From: Macrostomum lignano
Taxonomy: Eukaryota
DNA length: 37,400 nt
Reading direction: 5' to 3'
Assembly: GCA_002269645.1 (NCBI GenBank)
Contig: NIVC01001575.1
Coordinates: 1-37,400 of the forward strand
The translations under genes were made by a program, and so were the position numbers. Shown here in pieces: positions 24,476-36,145 of this stretch. The notes under the pieces are model-generated. The model was not told where the DNA came from and did not search any database. It was given only the letters and a program-made list of their open reading frames with translations. Each line of letters opens with the position of its first letter. The stretch's first letter is position 1.

Positions 24476-25453
24476 CTAACGTCAACTTCAAAAAATCAAG
24501 TTCAAAAACTTTCAAAATAAAAGAATCGGAGACCAGAAAAGTGAGAAGAGGACGCGCTTTGCTCATTTCTCTCTTTTCACTCCATCAATTCGATGTTGTG
24601 TCTGCCTATAGCCAGTCAAGGCGAGAATACGAGAGCGACGAGAGAGAGACATCAGCAACATGCGTTGCTTTGAAAGACATCTCGCCGCCCTGTCAGTAAT
24701 CCGAAGCAAGCATGCTGAGGGATTAAGTCCTTGGGGGGGGGAGCTGCATGGAGATCAGATCCTCTAACCCTGTGCCCAGATAAGAGGGACGCAGTAGGGG
24801 AAAGCCGCAACAAAAACACGCTGAGCTGGAGCCCTCTCGGAAGCTTATCTGACTATTACAGACGGCGCTTGACCTGATCCCTCCCCAGATCCCTCTAAAA
24901 AAGAATTGATGAGAAGGAGGGATATCTGGATAAGAAGAGCAGAATGACCTCGTACTGGACCGCGTGACGCGGACTAGGATCTTGAAGTGTATCGGTGCGC
25001 AGGCTAGAAAAGATGGAGTGATCGATTGGCTATCCAACTCTGAGGGATGATTCTAGCGGAGTCGGAAGTGTACTGAGTCAAAGTTTAAACTTTCTCCTTA
25101 TATCAACAATTTATTCATTACATGGCCTGTACGGTGTTGAAACTACGGGGCTCGAGCTACCATCCTGCATTTCCAACGCAGCACAGAGCTACGGCCCTAT
25201 CACAGGCTTCCATGCACTGGTGAACTGGTTCCATGCAGTCGTTCACGGATTTCTGCCGAAAGCAGCCTATTGTTTAGCGTACTAACCGCGATCAACTCTG
25301 CTTAACTTGGAAGTGCTGGCGGCGAACGCGCAGGGCCCAGGCTGGGGTTATATGATAGAGCTTTCTTGCTTTCCTTATTTCTTCAATCCTTAAGAGAATC
25401 CTGACTCCCAGCTCCTAGCTTTTCTCTGCTATAGAATAATTTTAGTATATCAA

Positions 25454-25483
25454 GACTAGCACAATGCCCCCCTTCGGGGATGC
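25454..25483 (-). mobile_element. Helitron-like 3' end (GC hairpin followed by CTAG|T)
   Basis: Minus strand reads gcatCCCCGAAGGGGggcattgtgCTAGt. Core shared with 29813 and 37131. Confidence 0.55.
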
Positions 25484-26380
25484 ATACGTAAACAAATTAA
25501 TAAGCAGCATCCTGCCAGATTCTAAATGCGGTGCTTAGCAAACAGTTCATGCATACTTTATCTTACAACTTCTTTGTTATAAAGTCAAGGTCTTCATGCT
25601 AAAAACTGTCCTCTGAAAAGCAAGCTTTCGTATTAACTACTCGGATATTCACATTATGATTGGCTCTTGGAGTGAGCGATTAAGTGATTAAAATTGTAGG
25701 GAAAATACTGAGTGAGCTTCCTGAACTCTAGATTCTGTCTTTAGGATTCCTTGCAATTAACTCTTGACTCAAAGATCTTATGCAAGCTCAAGAAGTCAGT
25801 CCCGGGCGTCCCCCCATAGCGCAGGTCCCGCGAGTCTTGCAAGATATGCCAATAAAAAGGCCAAAGATGTAATATTACCTGTTGCAATAGAGTCCAAAGA
25901 CACGCAAAGTAGACATTGATGCCGGCTTTGATGGATTAATAAGAAAAAGTCAACAAAGAAGGATCTAATAGCTATTCTTGGTTTTGTCTATCAAAAAGAT
26001 AGAACGCAAAAAAGTCATACCATTGCAATGTGAGTCCTCACCGAAATAGCGTGCACGGTTACTGATACTGCAATCTGCACTGAACCCGGCCACAGTGCAA
26101 GCACGAAAGTTTGCTTTTGCCTTTGTTCGCACGTGTTTTTATTATGGCCTCTTTTTGCATTCGCTACCTTCTTTGTGCTCTTGTTAAGCTTCTTGTTGGA
26201 CTCATGTTAACTAAAGGGGTCATCATGAGCTCTAAATACTAGGTAAAAAGTTGCAAATTTCTTTAAAGATTTTCATGAGTAGGGAATGGAGATATGCGCA
26301 GATGTGAGCTCATATTGATTAATAATTTAAATGGTAGGAATATTCAATAATGGGATTGATCTTTATAGGATATTCCAACG

Positions 26381-26795
26381 ATGGGGAACTTCCAAGATGG
26401 GAAACAAACTTCTAGGATGGAGAACTTCCAGGATGGGGAACTTCCAGGATGGGGAACTTCGAGGATGGGGAACTTCGAGGATGGGGAACTTCCAGGATGG
26501 GGAACTTCCAGGATGGGGAACTTAGAGGGTGGGGAACTTCCAGCATGGGGAATTCCAGGATGGGGAACTTCCAGGATGGGGAACTTCGAGGATGGGGAAC
26601 TTCCAGGATGGGGAACTTCCAGGATGGGGAACTTTGAGGATGGGGAACTTCCAGGATGGGGAATTCCAGGATGGGGAATTCCAGGATGGGAACTTCCAGG
26701 ATGGGTAACTTCTAGGATGAGGAACTCCCAGGATGGGAAACAAAATTCTAGGATGGGGAACCTTCAGGATAAGGAACTTCAAGGATGGGAAACTT
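26381..26795. repeat. 16-bp minisatellite (GGATGGGGAACTTCCA)
   Basis: Tandem units with cca/cga and 15-bp gggaattcca variants; the ends are degenerate. Confidence 0.93.
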
Positions 26796-27237
26796 CAGTA
26801 CACAAGGAGTCACTTTGGCGCTTATCCTGGTCTAAGAGTGGTGACGAAGTGAACAGAAAAGCAGAAAATTCTGGGACAGATATCCGCAGAAAATTTCCCA
26901 CCAGCCTTGTCTGTTGGTAGTCCGCAGAGTTGATATTCGAGCATCCGCCGGACTCTCGAGAGATCCTGATCTGCTCTCAGCTCCCGTCTGCCCCGCTCCG
27001 CTTGTTTTCATTAAATATATTCTCGGCGCGTAAATTTACTCTGAGACCAGATTTTTCCATTGCTCAGACAGATTGACTCAGTGAGGGAGGATCCTTTGGG
27101 TCAGACAGAAGTACGCGTGCATGCAAGGCTTTTCGGCGCTTCATTAATTATTCATGAGTCGAAGCAGTCGCTACCGTTCGGCCAAGAACTACTATATGGA
27201 GTATCTCTAATTTGGATTGGATTTCAGATAAAATAGT

Positions 27238-28077
<840 letters not shown>

Positions 28078-28214
28078 ATAGATAGATCTTCTTAAGGGCG
28101 TGGCTTATTTAGAACAAATTTTGCGCTGATCTGACTCACTATCTGTTTAGGAATTTTTAATGTTTCTTGAATATCTTTCAGCAGCATCTGATTTAGTGTA
28201 GAGAAAAGAGTTAC

Positions 28215-28555
28215 AGTAGTGGCATCAATGAGTTACAATAGTGACGTCAAATGCGTTTCTGAAACGACGTCTGTAGTGACGTAGTGACGTCAATGAGTAC
28301 AGTAATAGCGTCACAGTCTGTCATTCATAATTTGGAATCGAATCGTGTTGCATTGAATTTTTTGTTCGGGAAAAAACATTCCCTCTGAGTCACTATTGAT
28401 TAATGTAGAAGAGTAGTGGCTCTGTGACTCGTGCCCGAAGGTGCTCAATAATAAAGGGAAGCAAGCGATGGGATATTATTCCCAATGAGAATCACGGCAC
28501 GACTTCCTCTAACCTGAAGCACGCGCCCAATGCCCAGAACATCCCGCCATTTTCT
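28215..28555. promoter_or_regulatory. Candidate promoter/enhancer motif cluster (2 CRE, 2 CCAAT, YY1-like)
   Basis: TGACGTCA at 28242 and 28286 and TGACGTAG at 28277; CCAAT at 28482 and 28527; CCGCCATTTT at 28544. The CREs lie in a short degenerate repeat, so they may be incidental. Confidence 0.3.
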
Positions 28556-29589
28556 GGGTGACTTGCTATCTACAGCTCTTATTTGTCATTCTCTCTCTTT
28601 GCTATTCTCTTCTCTTCTCTGTCTTTCGTTCCCCGCTGTCCGAAGTCAGTTGAAAACACGTTCCAAAATCTTCGTGTTCGGCTGCTAATGAGGCTCGGGC
28701 CTGTGTAATTTCTTTAGCATTACTGTTGTAAGCTTAGTTAATTGAAATTGCGATAAACAGGGTTGGGAGAGAATGCCGGACACGATACGGATGTATAAGA
28801 CTCAATTTTATCATGTTTACTTTTTTCTTATTTTACGGATTTTTGCAGTTTACGGTGAGCATTGGGTACCCGGATGTTTGTTTGTTTATCATTTCCTGGA
28901 ATGTGTGTCTACCGAGGGAATTGGGTACCCAATTTCTTGTGTTTTCATTTTTTATAAATTTTGGTAACTGGACAATCCTGATGTTCGCTATTGTATTATG
29001 TTATGGATTTATTTTTTAATTACTACTAAGTTTACATGTATTTCTGTTCGATAAGTTACTCGTAGAATCGTTCAGTATAAGTACATATCAGGTCTTGGTT
29101 TCGTAGTTAGTTACGTATTAGTTATTACTACAAATGTAAATCCGACACTCTCTGGTTCTTACTTTTGTCACAGGAAACATAATTTGACTCTTGCCTCGCA
29201 AGAAGCTTGACAAGCATCGCCCCCGACCCCGTGTTCGAGATAATTAGTCCTACAGCACTCTGCATCTCCCTCTCTGCTTCGTCGACTGTTTTTGCGTCGA
29301 AAATTGTCTTTCAAGATTTTTTAATTGCCTACTGTCAATCTAATTGTCTTTTAATGAGTGCTAAGCAATTTTTGGCTGACAAAATTATCACTGCAAGCGG
29401 GGCAGTTCAATTCAAATTTTGTATCTACTGTTGCACCTGATGACCCTTTAAGATTTGCTTGCGTCGCCATCGAGTGAGGCCTATTTTTCTCGTGATCACA
29501 CGACTTTAGAAGCGTCATTTTTAAATGACTTTTTGTACACCAGTCGCGTGACTTGATGGCTCAACTGACAACATAATAACCAAGTTAAG

Positions 29590-29975
29590 ATATATAATAG
29601 TTTTAGTATTACATAATATAGTTTTAGTATTACATATAGTTTTAGTATTGCATATTTGAAAATTAATGTCTCACTTGTAATGCAAATAATGCCTTAAAAG
29701 TACATTGCAAAAGCATACCTAGCCTAAGATTGATGCTTATTAATGATCAGTCTTTAATCCGGCCAGATAAACTCTAGATTTCAATGTGCACATAAAGTCA
29801 GTTGTAGAATATGACTAGCAATCTACTGCCCCCCTTCAGGGCGCCCAATGAGCAAAAATTATTTATGTGAACAAAAATTATTTATGTGAATCCTTTTTGC
29901 CTTGATACCTAAGCAATTCCCCCCTTAAGCCTTGACATCTCAGCGATTCCCCCCTTAAGCCTTGACATCTTAGCA
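29590..29975. repeat. Small local tandem duplications
   Basis: Three copies of atagttttagtattaca at about 29595-29655, two of caaaaattatttatgtgaa at about 29853-29890, and two of ttccccc(c)ttaagccttgacatct at about 29915-29970. Confidence 0.8.
29813..29844 (-). mobile_element. Helitron-like 3' end
   Basis: Minus strand reads gcgccctgaaggggggcagtagattgCTAGt. Confidence 0.5.
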
Positions 29976-30297
29976 TAGAATATGACGAAAAAGTAAAAAA
30001 TAATCCATGAATTCAGTACTAAAGCTGCTGCACTTCTTTTACCGAATATTATTGATAAGGACCAAAGCTTGTACGAGCGTAGTAGCCATAAGGCAAATCA
30101 CTGACTGCTTCGTGTAACGGATGCATGGATTCTGCTTCTTCTTACATCAGAGAGAAACTTATTATACTATAGAGTGCCTGTTGGTCTCTGGGGAATGCGA
30201 ATTAAAGGAAGCGATGTGGAATTCTGCAGAATTAAGTGATCTTAATCTCTTTGATGCCATCAAATTCGATGCTCTCTCTCTCTTTTTCCTCTTTCAG

Positions 30298-30629
30298 TCA
30301 GTCGGACTGAAGAATGGTTGGAACCGGCGGCCGCAGCTGTGCAGGCCCTTAGAACTGAAAGCCGAGCGCTTAGAGTTCGATCGAGAGAAAAAACTTCAAC
30401 CAAAGAAGCTCGCCAATTCCTGACCAAAAAAATGGACGCATTCAGGCGGCTTCTGTTGTTCGCCAATATTTTTTCTAGGATGCGTTTGCATGTTCGAGGG
30501 ACAGAAGAGAGCGAAGCGGACGAGCTGCAAAATGGAAAACATTTGGTTTCGGACGAAACGGAACGGCAAAATGAAAGAGAATGGATTGGACTAAAAACGT
30601 ACTTTAGTTCAAATTCCTGTTACGTATAA
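30298..30629 (+). CDS. Unassigned candidate exon (..RTEEWLEPAAAAVQALRTESRAL...)
   Basis: Strong polypyrimidine acceptor ctctctctctttttcctctttcag at 30274-30297, followed by about 110 open codons to a TAA. No recognisable domain. Confidence 0.25.
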
Positions 30630-31761
30630 TCTCCAAAGTGACAGTTCACTCCATCAGCCCAGCGCAGCTGGATCTGTCTTGAAATTAAAGTACAAAAAAT
30701 CTGACGGTTGTTTTAAATTCCAGACACGGACCACTGGAAGTTACGTCTACTTTAGTAGTCCTTGATTCCAGACAGAGTTTAGTTTAACAAAAGTAGGTTA
30801 CTTTTTTAAAAGGACACCGGGATTAGCTTAGCTTGAAAAAAAACTGTCTGGCTAGCTTTTCATTCATGTTTGTTCTGGTTTCTAAAACCGTTGCAAGCAA
30901 ATGAAGTTTTCAAATGCAATACAGGCATACATGAGCTGCATTAAATACTGTAAGTAAGTAGTGCAGAGTTTTCATTCTACTTAAGAAGTCAAGCATTCAG
31001 CTCAAGACGCATGTGAGCTTAGTTAGATGCTTTTACTAACCAAGCAGCGATCCAGGAAGCGCAGTGTGTGAGCAATGGAACACGTACCATGGAACGCCAA
31101 TCCTGTAAATTGTCTGGTGGCCTCTCCAGCTCCATTTGCAAGGCGGGCATGAATTTTCTGAATTTAATTACTTCCTTGTGTCTTGAATTCAATGCTCTGC
31201 ATGCTCTGGCGTCGCCGACCATAGACGGTGTTGTAACCATAGACTAAAGTAGACGCATTGGTTGAGTATGTATGAATGGCAGTGTCTTAAAATGAAGTTA
31301 GAATTCTTAAATAAAATGAAGAAGGCAACAATGGCATTTTGTATCTAAGGTTTTGAAGGTTGATAATCATTGATTTTTCACGAGTGGGAAGACTAAAATG
31401 AACCATTGTCGCCAACTTTCACTTCGACCCAATACCAATTTCAAAACTTTATTGTTTAACACTTGCGATTGCCAATTGGAGCAAGTTAATAACAAGTGTG
31501 TTTATGTTATATGTAACAGTTTAAAAGCATAGAGAAAAAATCCTTCATGTTTAAGAGTAGCATTACTATGAGTAGTAGTTATAACTGAAAAGCCAATAAA
31601 TTACCCTCAACTAGTTACTGACGCCAGCAGATTCAAATTGTTACTTGTTGAAGGTAAACGTGCGGTTTTCGAAATGGCAATTTTCAAACATTCGTGAAAC
31701 TTCGCTTCGGATATTTCTAACTGAAAAATAAAAAAGCTCCTCTTCTTGACTCAGAGTCACT

Positions 31762-31986
31762 TCACTTGTTTGCTCTTCGACTGCTCTGGTGTTCAAGGCT
31801 ACAGTTTTTGCACACGATGGCTGACCTTCTTCCCCGATTGGTCGCCTTAAGGCAGCGCTTATAGCAGTCGATGCTCGACAAACAACGCGATTTCTTTTTC
31901 TTGAGAGGTACTTTTGGCCAGTAATGCACATAATACTGCTGGCTGGGGTCGTGACCTGTTTCATGGAGGGCAGCAATGCGAGTCCT
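31762..31986 (-). pseudogene. Possible degenerate transposase C-terminal Cys-rich fragment (piggyBac-like)
   Basis: The stop-to-stop frame reads ...HYWPKVPLKKKKSRCLSSIDCYKRCLKATNRGRRSAIVCKNCSLEH..., loosely like H-x-P...RC..C...R...C-x-x-C. The distal motif and the upstream DDE region were not found. Confidence 0.25.
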
Positions 31987-32655
31987 CTATATGACAAAGC
32001 CACATGCACAATTACATTGTAACACGATTCACCGTGCATTTAAACGCTAAAAGCGTGCTTAAAAGGCTCGTGATCGCGTATTGACCATAGTAATTTAATG
32101 CTCTAGAAATTTATCGTGATTAAAGTTTTGCTCAATAGTCGCGTCTTTCTTGCTGAAATTTCTGGAATTTGAAGCCCTGAATAATGAGTGCATAGTGTAG
32201 GAGCAGTGTAAAAACTGCAATTACTATGGACAAGCCCCTCAGTTACTAAGCTGCTGTAACTAGGTAACTATAGGTGAAAGATCCCATCAATTGGTGCTTG
32301 ATGAAGCACCTTTCAAAAGGTTAATATCCGCATCTCATCGGACAAATCTCTCAGACCAACTAAACTATTGAAGTGACGCGCCTTTGAATAGAGAAACGAT
32401 GTTAAAAGAAAGGCGCAGAATCACATTTTTGTTTTAATCTAACAACAGAAAACAGATATATTCCTAAGCAAGCAACATTCCTTTATTTTCTTCGATATGT
32501 GTTCATCAACCAACTCGCGTCGAAGCGCATAATAACAACGAAAGAGACATTAACACCAAACACTGCAGAAAGATTTTCTAAAAAAACACAGTTTACTGGA
32601 ACGGAAGATTACACATAAGAGAAGATTAACTAACACAGTTGAAATTAAGCTGGGT

Positions 32656-32661
32656 TTTATT
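32656..32661 (-). terminator. Candidate polyadenylation signal (AATAAA) for unc-104
   Basis: About 370 nt downstream of the stop codon in AT-rich sequence. An alternative lies at 32482-32487. Confidence 0.35.
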
Positions 32662-33033
32662 AAAGTATTTTCGTACAACATTTGCAAAAGCGACCGATCA
32701 AGTAAACGTATTGCTTTTTTCATACAACAATTTAAAAAAGACTCAGTAGTACTACTAAAACAGGTCCTAGTAGTTCACGAAGAATATGCTCTGTATTTGT
32801 TGTGATCAATTATGCTTATGAGAATGGCATACAACATGTATTAGGCAGTACATAATTGAATCTAATATATTGTTACACAGGAAACAGACGACAATGCAGT
32901 GTAAGAACATGATGAGGTAAAAATAATCGTGCTTAATCGTATATTTACTAAGCATTTCTTAGTGATTATAAACGTTTATAAACGCATGGTCAGTTAGTTT
33001 TTTATATGAAATAATGTTTCCATGAATAGCCAT

Positions 33034-33070
33034 CTAACTGCGCTCTTTCTTCTTTCGCCCCAACTTCGAT
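33034..33070 (-). CDS. unc-104: Kinesin-3 KIF1A/UNC-104, last coding exon ((R)SKLGRKKKERS*)
   Basis: Acceptor ctcaatttcag, phase 2, matching the donor at 33191. Matches the family C-terminus NPLLAGxIRSKLSRR. TAG at 33034-33036. Confidence 0.85.
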
Positions 33071-33191
33071 CTGAAATTGAGATGTTGGATAAAATTATTA
33101 TTAATTAGTAACAGCATCTCAGTAAAGTCTAAACAAAGCCCAATAAATCGATGAAGGTTTAGTCACTACAACCAGGCACAATCGACCTCAC

Positions 33192-33536
33192 CTCATCTGA
33201 CCAGCCATCAGCGGATTAAACGCGTAGAGCCAGTCGTGGACCTCCTTGTCCTCTAAGCATTGCATCAGGTAGCCACGATGCGGTGTGATCACCGTAAAGA
33301 CGTTCTTAGCCCGCAGCATGGCCTGCTGTTCTTCGCTGTACTCAATCTGTGCGGTAGCTAAATTAATAAAGCCCCGTTCAACAGGATCTCGCTCGTTCTG
33401 GTAGATGTAGAGAAACGGCCTCCTGACAACGACCCAGCGGCGTACCCAGCCTCCCGACTTCTCCTCCAGAAAGTTCAAGTAACCGCGCCGAGACACCTGT
33501 GGCGAGGCGCGAATCTCGTCGCACTGACCAATGAGG
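33192..33536 (-). CDS. unc-104: KIF1A/UNC-104 C-terminal PH domain ([25 protein letters not shown]...[14 protein letters not shown])
   Basis: Very close to the KIF1A/B PH motif (GYLxFLE...VVVRRP...NLATAQVEYSEDQQAML...WLYAFNPL). Donor AG|GTGAGG at 33191. The upstream junction is unresolved (see findings). Confidence 0.95.
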
Positions 33537-33784
33537 CTGCCGGTCGCAAGCTGTCCATCGGATTCTGACTGGCTGACTCGCCAGCGCCTCCGCTAGCCGA
33601 GCTCATCACGCTCTCCATGGTCGGCGATTTCTGCATCATGTTAGCCAGCCCACCGCTGCCACCACCGAAGCTGGTGAGGGAGGCGAACGATGCTGACGGC
33701 GAATGACGCATCTGCGGACGCCATATTTCGGACATGCCGCTGGCGTATGATATTGCCGAGGGTAGGGCCGCACGGATCTGTGGT

Positions 33785-33832
<48 letters not shown>

Positions 33833-33984
33833 GGAGCTGGCGGTGCTTGCGGCTGCTGCGGCAGCGTTGGCTGCAACTGAGTTGTCGGAGTACTAGCAGC
33901 TGGCAGTAGCTGGGTTCGCCCACTACTCAAAAGTTGCAGACACTTTCGAATCAAGAGCTGCTCGCGGCTGAAGTTTTGCTTAAC
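33537..33984 (-). CDS. unc-104: KIF1A/UNC-104 pre-PH region ([19 protein letters not shown]..., poly-Q, Ser/Gly-rich)
   Basis: Acceptor ctctctttag at 33985, phase 0, matching the upstream donor. [13 protein letters not shown] corresponds to KIF1A RERELAVKCLRLL. Confidence 0.85.
33787..33831 (-). repeat. Pure (CAG)15 coding for poly-Gln
   Basis: 45 bp of perfect CTG on the + strand inside the unc-104 exon. Confidence 0.97.
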
Positions 33985-34107
33985 CTAAAGAGAGTCAGTA
34001 GCAGAGTAGGTGCGTCATTTTCCAGCATTAATCTTTAACCTTACTTTTCCATTGCCTTACTACGAAAACGTCAAACCACCAAATCCTTGAAACGTCACAG
34101 TACTTAC

Positions 34108-34696
34108 TTCATCGGGAATGTCGTCCAGCACTGAATAGCTGGGACTCCGGGCCAACCCGCCACCGCCGCTGCCCAGCTCGCCGCCTCCAACGCTGACTCC
34201 ACTGGACGAAATGTCGTCTCCCGCGCCCCCGGCTGCCGCCGCTGCCGCAGCCGCCTCAGCGTCCATCGTAGTCAGAGCATCAATTCGACCATCTTGTGCC
34301 AGCTTCTCCCTCAGCTGCAGAGTGTGGCGCGCCTTCTCTACCAGCTCCAGCCGGACCAGTCGCTCCAACTCCCATTGATGCTCGACAATCAAAGAGTCCG
34401 ACCTGGGCCGCCAGCCTTTGAGATTCTCCTCGCCGCGAACGTAGGCAAAGTTGGTGCTACCACCACCGCCGCCGCTGCCTCCGCTCGCTGTGCTGGCGTC
34501 CAGAAGGCGCCGAGAACGACGGGTCGCTGCGGATGTTGCATGAGCAGGTCGTCGAAACTGTAGATCAGTCCAAGTATCAATGGTGATTTTTAACCTACCT
34601 TTTTCAGAAACCTGATAGATTTGCAGGTCGTACACAGTGGTGACCCGGTTCACATCTTGAGGCCGGCACCAGCTGCCAAACAGTTGCTTGATTGAT
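34108..34696 (-). CDS. unc-104: KIF1A/UNC-104 stalk exon (SIKQLFG...[28 protein letters not shown]...)
   Basis: Acceptor accgacag (phase 2) and donor GAA|GTAAGT. Contains the family-diagnostic [19 protein letters not shown]. May contain a small in-frame intron at about 34527-34611. Confidence 0.93.
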
Positions 34697-36145
34697 CTGT
34701 CGGTGTTTAATTGAACGAACTCAGTCACTTCGAGCGACTATATAACCACTGTATAATCCGATTTGCAAGTGCGAATCAATAAAAGTTTTAGGCCAGCACA
34801 CGAAAATAGAGTAATCATTGCATGTAAATGTATATCTGGTTAAATTTTATTTGGTATCTAACAGGTACTTATGCGACATCAGTTTGTATTTTATTTTCGT
34901 TTCCATTATAGAAAAAGTACGTGTGAAACAACAATGGCGAGTTTTATTTAAAATACAACATGAATACTAAATAGTGCTGTCCTTAAAACTTATAAATTGT
35001 GATTCTATAGTACACTGAGTACTGATGTTTTTCAGAATGCCTGAAACACACTGAAAGCAGCTTATGCAATGTGCGCGCGTGTTAATTTCAGATAGTTTAG
35101 ATAGAAACGGGACGTGAACACTTCAAAACAGCAATTGTCGAGCAAGGGAGCAACGAGTATATAAGCATTTCAGAATGACGGCTTCAAGATTTAATCAGAG
35201 CTAAGATGGAATTGCTCAAGCATTTTGCTCATCTACGAAAATAAAAAAGCAAAGCGCAGTTAAAAAAGGAAAAAACTCTAATAACAGAATGCATTCTAAA
35301 TAAAAGAAAAATATACTCAAAATTCTGCTCTCTGACTTAGCATCTTTTTTGTTAATTACATCAAAGCAGCCTTCATTTTTTAGGTTATTTTGTTAACTAC
35401 TTTGTTTAACGCCATTATGACTGATTGCTACTCACAGTGAGACATTTTGCGTGATGCTGCCAATGTTAAAAAAATGGAGGGTAATAAAAGTGACAGAGTA
35501 TTTAGCTAATATTGAGTTTGTTAAATCGCACTTGAAAAGATAGATGAATTAATCTATAAATCTAAGAACTAAAAAAGTAGACGATACGCTCTTTTGCTTT
35601 TTAGAAGAGCTGGACTTCTGTACTTCAAATAAAAGCAACTAGACAGCATTTTAACATAAAAAATAGTAAAATATTTTCTTTCTACAACCTGTTATTGTTC
35701 TGTTATTAACCTGAGGCGCTAACAAATAAAGTGTGGCCTCATTGCAACTACAAAGATTCAGTTATGTCGGTTTTCAGTCATAGACAGCCGAATTTTAGAA
35801 GCTTCAGATTTCTAGGTTTTCAGTTTTAGAGGTCTTTATTATAAACAAAATATAAAAAACATTGAAAGAGATATTAATATTCAAGACTTAAGACTCGGGA
35901 AGTATGAGTAAAAGACATAGATTAGGGCCAACAAAAACGCGATTTTAAAATTTGACATGGAAATGGAATTATAGTCATCTAACGGTCTGTCTGACTGACT
36001 GGGTTTGTGTTCTGTCTGAGTTTCTGCATTTTCCTATAGCTCTATCAGCAGTAGTTAATATCAAACTTGAGCTACAACAACTGTATGCCAGAAATTTCTT
36101 AACATTTACACACATAGCAGCGTACAAAGTACTTCATTGGCTTAC

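Noticed and set aside
25745-25868. Apparent + strand exon (ctgtctttag...gat|gtaata)
   Set aside because: All three frames contain stops.
28919-28934. 16-bp palindrome AATTGGGTACCCAATT resembling fused ends of the foldback element
   Set aside because: Only GGGTACC is shared and no subrepeats are present; an isolated palindrome.
30744-31255. 13-bp inverted pair CGTCTACTTTAGT / ACTAAAGTAGACG as TIRs
   Set aside because: No TSD and the match does not extend. More likely separate remnants of the CCATAGAC-related family.
32966-32981. Palindrome TTATAAACGTTTATAA in the unc-104 3' UTR
   Set aside because: AT-rich and part of a short local repeat; plausible by chance.
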